Positions 27,096-39,033 of a DNA stretch of 64,000 nt are shown here, one piece after another (the first letter of the stretch is position 1; each line of letters starts with the position of its first letter). The notes below the pieces were generated by a model. The model did no database searches and had not been told where the DNA came from. It saw nothing but the letters and a program-made list of their open reading frames with translations. Source of the stretch: Octopus sinensis (Eukaryota); assembly GCF_006345805.1 (NCBI RefSeq), contig NC_043003.1:67952001-68016000 (forward strand), written 5' to 3'. The position numbers and the translations under genes are program-made.

Positions 27096-29734
27096 ATACG
27101 GACAAACATACACACACGCATGTATATATATATATATGTGTATGTGTGTGTGTGTGTGTGTGTGTCTGTGTGTGTGTGTCTGTGTGTGTGTGTGTGCGTG
27201 TGTGCCTGAGTTTACGTGTGTATCTACGAAAGAGCTAACAGAAATGTCATTTGTTGAAATCAGATATGTACTATTTTGTTTCATATAATATCTCCTTTTA
27301 CATATGTTAAATATTACTCAGACTATTTCAGTTTTTGTTATTTTAGTAAAGCAGTTTCTATTCATTTGTAACAATACTTTTTCCGTTTTGTTTTGGATAA
27401 ATGTACAACAAAAAGACACATTCAAATCTTTTCAATATTTATCTTTTATTTTAGTTATTAATACATTGAATGTTTTGTAAAAGTGAGTGCCGTAAGGTCA
27501 TTAAAAGAACCATAAAATTTGTTAAAATTCAGTCATACTTTTTTTGGCAACTTCTCAAAATTTCATTTGATCTTCACCTGAAAGTACAGAAAGCTTTGTC
27601 TGAAAGTATGAAATTTGCTGCAATTATTCTTATGGAAATATGTTTAGACGGAAACATATCCACTAACTGCGTAGCAGCTATTCGAAAACACGATCATTTC
27701 GTGTATAATGATTGGGCAGATAATAAAAAATATATGTATGGCAAAGTGCAAAGTATTTGAAAAATCAATTTAAGTTGAATGATCGTCACAGATATCTTTC
27801 CGATATTCCTTACAAATGCACTTTTTCTCATTGCATTATACGGAGGTAAAGTTCATTTTTGATTGCTAAGTGTGAACCAGATCAAAAAGAAATGCTTTGA
27901 GAGTGTTACTAAATATATTCAAAAATGAGGTGGGGAAACTAAAAAAGAGACGAAGAGAAATAACTCGTTGTGTAAGGAAATATTCAGAAATGTATAATAG
28001 AGTCCAGATCGCATACTCACCCTGACCCTGCTCTTCCTATTTGTCCCCATCGTCGTCATCCAGTACCGCGAACTTTGTAATTTTTAGCAAAATCATATCG
28101 AAAAGAGTCATTGACGTGCAAATCAAAAGGTAAGCTAAACGGAAGAGATATTACAGACGGAAGTCAAGTTAGTAATTGAATAGCAAAACATTTTAATTTC
28201 AAGTGCTCGTCAAATGAATGATGAGACCACTTTCATGCCGCAATCATCTGCATTTCTTCTATGTTGGATTCCATTAGGAAAGCTAGCATTTCAGAAACAG
28301 AAGATAAAAAGAACTAATTTTGACCAAACTGACCTAAATTTTATTTTATTTATTTTTTTATTTTTTAGAAAATTGTTGCCAGATTTGATTTACAAATGCA
28401 ATCATTCGAGTCCAGATGTTTCCAGAAGTATAGGTAGTAAGCTTGTAAATGTTCCAAAACTTGAATGCAAAAAATCATACACAATCATACACAATCATAA
28501 CTATTCATTAGTTAACTGGTATGCATCCAATCAGATTACTACTTTGTTTTAATGCAACGACTTTTAACAGGATTATCTATATCACTGTGTTTTAATTTAG
28601 CGAAAACATGAATGCAATCATTATATTTTTAGCAGACACTAACTTATTTAATCTTTTCTTCTTGAAATGCCATCTCTGAACTTTTTTTTATTTCTGATGA
28701 ATAAACTTCTCAATTTTGCTAATTTTGAATATTCTAAACACAGATTCGTTTTCTTTCAATATCCAAAATTAGTTGAGTGAGTAAGACTTTTGCAAACCTA
28801 ATGTAGGCGTATATTAAACTGTTCAAAGATTTTCTATCAAGAAAAAAATACTCTATGAGATAACTGCTATGAATGACCTGAGTGAACATGCTATCACTTT
28901 CCTTGCAATGAAGTGACTTTTATGACACTAGAAGCAGTATGATAAAAGATATACCTTTTCAAATCTACATTTCAAAAATAATTTTTAGGAACACTTCCTT
29001 ATATCCTGTCAACATCAATGCATTCATACGAATCTTTGAAAAATTAAAATATTCCTGCAGTTTGTTATGTGTATAATATTGCTTAATATGTTACTGCCAA
29101 AAACATTCTTTGTATAACATAGCAATATCTCGAAATTCTTGAGAAAATACGGAGACGTCATGGTGTGAGACCGAAGCCTTTTCTGTTAATATCTCTGAAA
29201 AGATTCCCAAATAAACAGTGCCCTCGTTCAATTCCATACATCAATGCTAATAGTTAGTTAAATAAAGTTGATAAAATCATAAATGATCAAAATTAACTTG
29301 AATCGGAGAAAGAAGAGGAGTCTTGATCGGAAATTATATTTAAATTAGAAACATCTACTTTCACCTTTTTATATACCAATTAATATACTGTAATAACATG
29401 TATTTATTCAATCGTTAACAGGAGATGCTGGGGTAATATCTTTGGAGCCAGCGTACTAGCATCTACAAGAAAGGATCATTATTTCCAAATATTGCAAAGT
29501 ACTGATTTTCAAGTGAGAGCAGGGTTATTTCTTACTCAACTAGAGGTGTCTAGAAATAGTATTTTCACTTTGCCTGTAACTCAAAATCTAAAAGCTCGAA
29601 ATCCTTCAAGAATCTTCACGACGTATATTTTATATCAGTTACACGCTCGTATGAGTTCAGTCTTATATCTCAATCAGTCTATATCTCAATCCATGTTATG
29701 CTATTTGTATTTGTGTATTCTTTTATTCTTATAC

Positions 29735-29945
29735 TTCTTTCAATCATTTTACTGCAGCCATGCTGTTGCACCGCCTTATAGTGCTTTCTAGTCGCAGATA
29801 ATCGACTCCAGAATTAATTCATTCTAAGCCTGGTACTTATTCTGTCTGGTAATTATTTTGCCAAACCACTAACTTTCGGGGGCGTAAACATTCCGACATC
29901 GATTGCCAAGCGATTGTGAGATGGGGGAGCACACAGAGACAAATA
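29735..29945 (+). mobile_element. SINE-like repeat (family E), diverged
   Basis: Similar to 22905-23130. Confidence 0.7.
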
Positions 29946-30082
29946 TACACACACAATTACACACACAGGCACGCACACACACATGTACTTTATTTACATT
30001 ATTATATATAGCGTAATGGTTAAGAGTGCTGGCTACTTAACACAAGATTTCGAGTTCAATTCCTGGCAGTACCTTGCATAAC

Positions 30083-30225
<143 letters not shown>

Positions 30226-30286
30226 TAACATCAACCCAGAATAACTTAGGAATGAGAACACAAGGCTGGGTTAAAAATTCCACCAG

Positions 30287-30325
30287 GACACCTGATGAAA
30301 GCTGCAGAGTAAATAAGCTGAAACG

Positions 30326-30327
<2 letters not shown>
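30287..30327 (+). ncRNA. Truncated hammerhead motif in a PLE-type terminal repeat fragment
   Basis: gacac-CTGATGA-a-agc tgcagagtaaataa gct-GAAACGTC; 3' strand of stem I replaced by (CT)n. Confidence 0.5.
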
Positions 30328-30356
<29 letters not shown>

Positions 30357-30553
30357 GAAAGCAACATATATATTTCCCGATCCATAGCTACGTAAGGCTG
30401 GTTTCTTGTTTTCTGTGGCCTATGTATCATGTATTCCTCCATTGAAAGGACACTGGTCCGTTGCAGGATAGTTCATATCATGCAACTTGAAATGAAACGC
30501 TTCCTCAAAACCGCAAGGCATTGCACCCCTACTCCCTACACACACACGCAAAG

Positions 30554-30598
<45 letters not shown>

Positions 30599-31062
30599 TA
30601 GACAGGCAGACCGAGTAACAGAGAGACATAGATAGATCTTTGAAGGTATAATGGCGTGTTGCGTCTACCTAGTCACCGATGTTCTGGTGTGGCTTTTCTT
30701 GGACATATACTACCCGAACACACAAAATTACTATGAGCTTTCACCCTCCGTATTTTCTTGATTATTCATAGTTGTGATCCTTGTGTCTCTCCTGTATAAA
30801 TATGTTCTAAATAACTTGAATACGTTGATGTCTTCCCACGCACATTTCATGGTATTCTTTGCTAGCATACACATCTCATAACGATAACTACAATTTCTAT
30901 AGAAAACCAATATTTCTACGGATCTTGGACCTCTGTAATTAATATCGGAGATTAGGCCCAAGGTTTGTTCTGAGCATTTATTTGATGTACCTATTACATC
31001 ATGCTCTTGTGCATTTTCTAACCTCTTACTTACGTACATACATGCCTGCATGCATGCGTATA

Positions 31063-31338
31063 TGAAGGCACATTGTTCAGTGGTTCGGGCGTCAGACTCA
31101 TAATCATGATGTAGTGACTTTGATTCTCGGATCGGCCTATGTGTTGTGTTCTCAGTGACGTCACTGGAGCTAAGCTGTATCAGTCATTGTGTTTCCCTTA
31201 GATAACATCGGTTCCGTGGAGAGGGGAGGCTGGTATGCATATACGATTGCTGATCTTTTAACAACCTTACCTGGAATAATGCCAACGAATGGAAGCTTCT
31301 AGGTGCAATCCCATGGTCATTCATGACCGAAAGGCGTC

Positions 31339-31340
<2 letters not shown>
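31063..31340 (+). mobile_element. tRNA-derived SINE (family B), diverged with internal deletion
   Basis: Similar to 38663-38998. Confidence 0.8.
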
Positions 31341-31379
<39 letters not shown>

Positions 31380-31729
31380 GGTTGTGTATGATTGTGTATA
31401 GAAGAGTATATTTCTCAAAGAAATTCTAACTTTGATTTTCACGTCTTATTTACAATCTTAAAATAATATGACAGTTGTAAATTGTAAAACATAACTGTCA
31501 CCACTACTACATGAACCTAAAGATTGCACAGTATAATGTATGAAAGTATTAATTCAATCAGAATGAACATTTAATATTCTATCATTTCATTATATTATAT
31601 TATATTATATTATATTATATTATATTATATTATTGTAAGATTGTAAATAAAATATGAAAATCTATATATGTGTATGTATGTGTGTGTGTCTGTGTGTATA
31701 TATATATATGCATGTGTGTGTACATGTGA

Positions 31730-31769
<40 letters not shown>

Positions 31770-32735
31770 AAGAAAGAGAGGGCGTGTGTGTGAGGTGAAT
31801 TTCTCAAGTGATATATTTTAAATACTGTAGCTGACCATTATTCTTTATTTTTAGCGTAGAATAACGCGTGCCGGATAAAAACACGTACATTTTTCTTTCG
31901 ATAAATAGATTACTACATAACTGTACGAAAAACGAAAACAAAAAGAAGGAAAATCAAAAAGAACATTGCCTTGTAAGTATTAAACATTCAGTTCTGATCG
32001 AGTGCACTGGACATATTTTATTTATAATTCTTCTAATTTCAGTTCAGTTATCACTTCAATAACTGTGCATGTATTTTAAATATTCTGCGCTATCGCCGTT
32101 TATAAATTTTGCTATTATTGTTCACTTCATTTTTTCGTCAAAGGCAGAGTGATGTATATTTAAAGCATGTCAATGAAGAACATTTGCAGTCTGTAATTAC
32201 CTTTGCTTACTGGTAAAGCATTAATTCTATTCACAATGGAAACATTTGTTATCTGTTACATAATTGTTGGACAAGCTTTCAAATTCCTTTCCAGCAATTC
32301 CAATATACCCGTTACCATTTATATGAAAGAATAAATATATATGTTTCAGAAAAAGTGCATTGTAACTATAAAGATTCTTTTATTCGAGACTGATGAATTG
32401 GTTTACATAGATTCCCGTCGCATATCGTAAGCACCTGGTGATTAGAAGTATCCAAATATATATTTCCATATCTAGCACACCATGATACTTATTTAAATAT
32501 GGCTAATCCTATAATTTTATACGATATACACAAAAACATTTGCATAGTAACATGCGCACATATATGATGTTTGTATGTAGATGTTGTGTAATATAATATC
32601 CATATATACTGATATGTAAGAGTGTGTGTATATATGTGTATATGTGTGTTTATGCATGTGTGTGTATGCATTTGCGTATACTTATATATATATATATATA
32701 TATACGCGAGAAAGAAGCAACAAGAATGGATAGGT

Positions 32736-32826
32736 TTTTAGTACAATCGTTTCATACAAGGACAGGCTTTATTAAAAGTTGCAAAAATTGCAGCATATAA
32801 ACATGTCCCGTACTCATCAGCTAAAA
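32736..32826 (-). ncRNA. Type I hammerhead ribozyme, left inverted copy
   Basis: Reverse complement of 35076-35166. Confidence 0.75.
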
Positions 32827-32922
32827 TACATGTGAGTTCTCTAGACATGCTAGTGGTTGAGGCTATACTCATGAAGTAATGTAGATAATTAAGTAACATA
32901 AACAGATATCTATAACAACAAT

Positions 32923-33591
32923 ATGCAGTCGGATAAAAAGACTAACAATAATAGTAACATTACCAATAATATAAGAAATCATGGTAGGACTTTAGACCTA
33001 AAAGATGAAACAGAAGGATCAATAAATAATAGCAATACTTTAGATATCAGCACCAACTATAGAAATATTAATAACAATAAGGACAATTATACTCATGATA
33101 ATCAAAATAATAGGAACCTAAGACATCTACCCAAGAATAATCCAAAACCTGAAGTTGTTCCTCCTGTGTGTAAGTGTAGAATAAAATCAAAATGCCCGGC
33201 ACCTGGTCTATGCGGGGAAAATAATGTAATCTATAAACGTACCATATCCACGGAGAATAACAAATATCTTTACATTGCATGTACAATTAATTTTCTAGCC
33301 AGAGTTAGAAATCACATCTCGTCTTTTAAATTACGTCATAAAGCTGGTACCACCACACTTTCAAACAAAATCTGGGAACTCAAAAATAATAATAATAATT
33401 ATAACCTTAATTGGGAAATAGTTAGGAGAGCAATTCCGTATAAAAATAGCAGGGTTGGTTGCCAACTATGCTCCATGGAGACGTATGAAATTCTAAAGCA
33501 TAGAAAACATAGAAACTTATTGAATAACCATATCGAACTAGGTCAAGTTTGTGTCCACGCTAAATTGAAGACTTTAAAATATTTTAAATGA
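32923..33591 (+). CDS. PLE (Naiad-like) Asn-rich linker, Cys zinc-finger-like motif and GIY-YIG endonuclease (222 aa); probably the C-terminus of a truncated RT-EN ORF
   Basis: CKCRIKSKCPAPGLCGENNVIYK...YIACT..F..R..NH.SSFK...TTLSNKIWELK...NWEIV...PY...CQLC..E...LLN...C.H..K; the frame is open upstream of the ATG to the repeat junction. Confidence 0.85.
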   Translation: MQSDKKTNNNSNITNNIRNHGRTLDLKDETEGSINNSNTLDISTNYRNINNNKDNYTHDNQNNRNLRHLPKNNPKPEVVPPVCKCRIKSKCPAPGLCGENNVIYKRTISTENNKYLYIACTINFLARVRNHISSFKLRHKAGTTTLSNKIWELKNNNNNYNLNWEIVRRAIPYKNSRVGCQLCSMETYEILKHRKHRNLLNNHIELGQVCVHAKLKTLKYFK

Positions 33592-35075
33592 TTAGAATAT
33601 TCGTAACTAGATAGATAGATAGATATAACTTCATTTTTACTAGTATAGCACTGCTTTAAGTAGATAACTAAGAGTTCTCACACTACAGTTATCTTTTTCC
33701 TTATATCTGCATCAGTTTTTTGAGAACAGGGAAATGAATAGTACTTATACGCTGCTTAATTGAGGCTTTATTTAATTTCAAACTCATAATTTTAAATTTT
33801 TAAATCTTAATTTTAAATCTTAATTTTAATTTTTAATTTTAATTCTTAACTTAATCTAATTTAAGTAGCATAACTTTAATAAAATAAAATGAGTTACTAA
33901 AGCCCAATAATTCTATTTCAAAATTAAATAAATAAGGCTACTCCCTCGGTGATAATATGATTATCTTCATTATGATAGACAATTCCCTAACACCTTGTAA
34001 ATGATCTTCTAAGATTTGACCTGTAGTCCGTCAATGTATGAATAAAAACGGCAACTCCTTAAGACAGTAAACTGAATAAATTAAATAAATAAATTTTTTT
34101 GACTTTTTGATAAGATTATACTTAGATTTTCCTAATGTATTTTCTTTTGATTTTAGCCTTTGACCCCTAAACCCCTAAACCCCTGACCGTGTTATCTCTT
34201 TAGATCCTCTTTAAATTCATAGCTGCTTTCGACAGCAATAAATTAGCTGTTTTACTGGTCAAAGAATAATATTCTCCTCTAGTTCCTAGATGCCTGTAAA
34301 TTAAAACCAGACTTGCCGTCTACTAATTCTTCTGTATAACTAGAACCCTCTTTTTTTCTTTTTCTTTTTTCCCTTCTTTCCCTATTTCTTTCTCTTTTCT
34401 CTTTTTTCTTTTTCTTCTTCTTATTCTCTTTTTCTTTTTTTCTTTTTCCTTTTCTCTTCTCTTCTAGCCCCCCCCCCTTTTGCTCCCTCCCCCTTTATTT
34501 TCTCTCTTTCCTTCTCTTTCCTTCCCTTTTCTGTTCTTTGCTCTCTAGAAAGCCCTTCAGCCTTTAAAAGTTAAATAGCTACAGTCTCTTGAAAATAGCA
34601 GTAATGTGATTAATGTGGCAAATACCTAATCATATAGCAAGAATTGATACCCACCTCATTGTGTTCAGCCATTGATAAATTTATCGCCTGTGAATATGAA
34701 ATTCCTCTTCATTTCTCTGGAAATTTACATCTACACCATTGGAAATTGTGCATCTATACAAAGGATTAATTCACCCTCTCGGTAATGCTAATAAGCAGGA
34801 ATTGAAACCCACCTCGTTGTGATTAGCAATGGATAAATTTGTCTTCTGTGAGTATGTAATCCCTCCTCATATCTCTGGAAATTCATATGTACACTATGGA
34901 TTAAGTCACCTTCTCTGTGATGCTATTAAAACTTTTTTAAAATTCTGTGATAAGACTGTACATCATCTTTAAAGAACTTTAATGAACTTTGGAAATCTGT
35001 TTATGTTACTTAATTATCTACATTACTTCATGAGTATAGCCTCAACCACTAGGATGTCTAGAGAACTCACATGTA

Positions 35076-35166
35076 TTTTAGCTGATGAGTACGGGACATG
35101 TTTATATGCTGCAATTTTTGCAACTTTTAATAAAGCCTGTCCTTGTATGAAACGATTGTACTAAAA
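35076..35166 (+). ncRNA. Type I hammerhead ribozyme with 60-nt stem II domain
   Basis: Stem I ttttag/ctaaaa; CTGATGA 35082-88; stem II gtacgggaca/tgtccttgtat; GAAAC 35149-53; loop gatt; GTA cleavage triplet 35158-60. Confidence 0.78.
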
Positions 35167-35324
35167 ACCTATCCATTCTTGTTGCTTCTTTCTCGCTTAT
35201 AATCACCCCACATTACTGTATTGTTAAAACCGTATAGTTTGTTTTGGTGCATCTAAGTTAGGTACCATATTCAAGTAAATTCATTTAAATTAACTTAATC
35301 TTTATTGCTTTTTGAATATATATA

Positions 35325-35364
<40 letters not shown>

Positions 35365-37344
35365 GGGGTGGGGTGATCGGTCTTATGTGTTTTTTTATGT
35401 GTATATATTTGAGGGTGTAATTCCGAGTGTGTTTGTGTATATATTGAAATCTGTCTATGTATCATCTTAACAGCGCACTCTGTCACCATCTGATAAGAGT
35501 ATAAAAATCTGAATATGTTTCAAAGCAATTACATTCCATGCATCTCCTGTGGTTGAATACTTAAATGGTTCCTTGTTTTAAATTCGTTACATGCATCATG
35601 GAAGTGCCTCATTAAAAACGATATTTCACTGGAATATAACGTATCTATAATTACATGTTTATAATGGCAGAACAGAATTCCGACGCTCAAACCTTGATAT
35701 TAAGGCATTTAAAACCCATTTATATTGAAATAACGACTAAATTAGAAAGTCTTTAGGCGCAGTCACAACACACAGCCAGTTGCAATAATTGCAACATGTC
35801 CTGTCAAAGTGCAGGTAGTTCAGTATATATCAAATTTTCAAATTCCTAAAAGGTAACGTTATGCTGAATTATTTGCTTTCACGTGATACATCTGCATTAT
35901 AATATAGCTGTACTGAGCCGGAGGGAGGATTTTTATGTTTAAAATAATAAGTGCTTTAAATAATTATGCATTGTTACGCCTTACTTAGATTTGTGCGGTG
36001 CTGTATATTTAGAGCTAAACCCCAAACGCGTAATAGTTCGATTGCTTTCCTCATTTCGCCTCCAGAAATTTTGTCGGATTTGAAATTTGTGTCAAAACGA
36101 TAGACTGTGGTCAAATTTGAAGATCTACAATACACACGCACACAGACTCACACACACAGACGCGGGCTCTAACGCATACACGCAATAATGATGCATCACA
36201 CGTATGATAGCTATATCTATTGATCTATCTTTCTATCGATCTATAAGCATATGTAAGTAATTGTATGACGCGGGAGAAGCAATGGTTATGTTATGAACTT
36301 CATTCGCTTACAGCTGCTTCTAGTATAAGACGCAACTGATACAGTTAAGTGCGTGAATAACATCCTGTAGCTTCACCGGAGCATCGAATATGAAGTGCCA
36401 TTTATTTGGAATTATATATAAAAAACAGTTATATGTGAGCAATATACAGGGAACGGATTACCAATGTGATAATGAAGATAATGGAGAATGCATACATAAA
36501 ATAATTAATGCATTTATTATAATAGTCAAATCATTTGCCTACACATGTTTCGATTTGTTGCTTAGATTTATATTAATGCTATTAAATTGCATTATGAATT
36601 TGAAAAAGCAAAACCCTACTTTATGGCTAAAATAGTTTGTTAAGAAAGGAAAATCGTGGCTGTTATTTCTTCATACATTTTCATGGATGGAACGTACAAT
36701 TCTAATTGAATTTTAGCAAGTCTTCTTGGATACTGTTCTATTTTTTTTCAAATTCTAATACAATTTAATTTCATTAATATGAACCTAAGCAACAAACTGA
36801 AACATGTGTAGGCAACATGATTTGACTATTATAATAAACATATTGATTATTCTATGGTTGCATTCTCCAGTATTTTTGTATTGTTAAAACATTTTCTTGT
36901 ATATCGAAAAGATGATAACCTCTATAAGGACATGTGGAATTTCAAAAAGTATAAGGTTGTAATATCAAGGAAAAAACAACGATAAACACTAGAACATAAG
37001 CACAGGTGGAATTTGCAATATTGTTAATTGATATAAATGCAGGCTTGGATGGATATCCCTATGAAAGAACAACGTCTCTCTTCACAGTCTTATATATATA
37101 TATATATATATATATAGAACATATATATAAATATGTGTGTGTGTGTGTGGTGTGTGTGTGTGTGTAAACATTCACACACCCATATATGTATGGATCAAAA
37201 CAGCTTGATTCAAATTCAAAATGGCTGACGATTAGCATCACCCTTGAGATTCAAGTCTACCAACGAAATTGAATCACACTGTTTTGATTCATACATGTAA
37301 CTCACAATAAAGCTGTTGAGTGCTCTTCTCTCGTTTGTCCACTC

Positions 37345-37388
<44 letters not shown>

Positions 37389-37391
<3 letters not shown>

Positions 37392-37778
37392 GAGGCGCAA
37401 TGGCCCAGTGGTTAGGGCAGCGGACTCGCGGTCATAGGATCGTGGTTTCGATTCCCAGACCGGGCGTTGTGAGTGTTTATTGAGCGAAAACACCTAAAGC
37501 TCCACGAGGCTCCGGCAGGGGATGATGGTGATCCCTGCTGTACTCTTTCACCACAACTTTCTCTCACTCTTACCTCCTGTTTCTGTTGTACCTGTATTTC
37601 AAAGGGCCGGCCTTGTCACTCTCTGTGTCACGCTGAATATCCCCGAGAACTACGTTAAGGGTGCACGTGTCTGTGGAGTGCTCAGCCACTTACACGTTAA
37701 TTTCACGAGCAGGCTGTTCCGTTGATTCGGATCAACCGGAACCCTCATCGTCGTAACCGACGGAGTGCTTCCATCCAT
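37389..37778 (+). mobile_element. tRNA-derived SINE (family A), full length
   Basis: A box tggcccagtgg and B box ggtttcgattccc; nearly identical to 63111-63482. Confidence 0.9.
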
Positions 37779-38056
37779 ATATATATATGTGTGTGTGTGT
37801 GTGTGTAATTTTTCCCTTTCTCTTAAGGACTGGACGTATACTGTCTCTCTTCTACGTTTCCTCTTTTTAAGGAAAATATTTATCCAGCGTTCGTTATTTT
37901 ACCCTCTTCATATTTGTCTACATTCCGTATCCTTTTGTGACGCCACAGTCCTTTATTTGCTCCCCAACTTTGACCCTCCAGAAATCCAAAATTTTATTTT
38001 GGTACTCATGGGAGAAACTGACTTTGAAGACACATATTGTTGTTCAATGCTCAAAA

Positions 38057-38225
38057 TGAGGAATAGATAGAAATCAGACAACTGATGAAATGTCGTTCTT
38101 TGTGCTATTTGTCCTATTTTCCGTTTGTTTCTCTTGTTGTTTGCGTATTGAACTCATTTGATTTCGTATTACATGTTGTTTCATATTGCGTCCTGCACTC
38201 ATATATGCATATTCATGTATGTATA

Positions 38226-38273
<48 letters not shown>

Positions 38274-38435
38274 TATACATACATGAATATGCATATATGA
38301 GTGCAGGACGCAATATGAAACAACATGTAATACGAAAGCAAATGAGTTCAATACGCAAACAACAAGAGAAACAAACGGAAAATAGGACAAATAGCACAAA
38401 GAACATTTCATCAGTTGTCTGATTTCTATCTATTC

Positions 38436-38440
<5 letters not shown>
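38057..38440. repeat. ~384-bp near-perfect palindrome centred on (TA)n
   Basis: Arms start atgaggaatagatagaaatcagac and end gtctgatttctatctattcctcat; one 3-bp indel and one substitution seen; the ORF track shows mirror ORFs. Confidence 0.95.
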
Positions 38441-38489
<49 letters not shown>

Positions 38490-38580
38490 CATATATATAT
38501 ATACAATTCGTTTCGTTTCTTTCCTCTCTCCCAGTATGCTTATATATATATATATATATATATAGGTTTATCTTTATGTG

Positions 38581-38611
<31 letters not shown>

Positions 38612-38622
38612 TTGTGTATAGA

Positions 38623-38662
<40 letters not shown>

Positions 38663-38998
38663 TGAAGGCGCATGGCTCAGTGGTTAGAGCGTCGAGCTTA
38701 CGATCGTGAGGTTGTGAGCTCGAATCCCGGACCGGGCTGCGTGTTGTGTTCTTGAGCAAAACACTTTATTTCACGTTGCTCCAGTTCACTCAGCTGTAGA
38801 AATGAGTTGCGACGTCACTGGTGTCAAGCTGTATCGACCTTTGTCTTTCCCTTGGATAACACTGGTGGCGTGGAGAGGGGAGGCTGGTATGCATGGGCGA
38901 CTGCTGGTCTTCCATAAACAACCTTGCCCGGACTTGTGTCTAGGAGGGTAACTTACTAGGTGCAATCCCATGGTCATTCATGACCGAAGGGGGTCTTT
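38663..38998 (+). mobile_element. tRNA-derived SINE (family B), full length
   Basis: tRNA-like head 'ggcgcatggctcagtggttagagcgtcgagcttacgatcgtgaggttgtgagctcgaatcccgg'. Confidence 0.9.
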
Positions 38999-38999
38999 T

Positions 39000-39033
<34 letters not shown>

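Larger units (their letters stand above)
32706..35196 (+). mobile_element. Naiad-like Penelope element, 5'-truncated, bounded by 202-bp inverted repeats (32706-32907, 34995-35196)
   Basis: Inverted repeats with one mismatch that I could find, each carrying a hammerhead; internal uninterrupted GIY-YIG ORF. Confidence 0.85.

Noticed and set aside
27470-28552. ORFs of 96 and 112 aa in AT-rich unique sequence
   Set aside because: No recognisable motifs, and their length and F/K/I/L bias are expected by chance in AT-rich DNA.
30008-30080. tRNA-like sequence (also the heads at 37389, 38663, 59140 and 63111)
   Set aside because: No complete cloverleaf; these are SINE heads, not tRNA genes.
34160-34190. 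(CCCCTAAA) telomere-like repeats
   Set aside because: Only about 2.5 units and not the TTAGGG motif; internal to the PLE 3' region.
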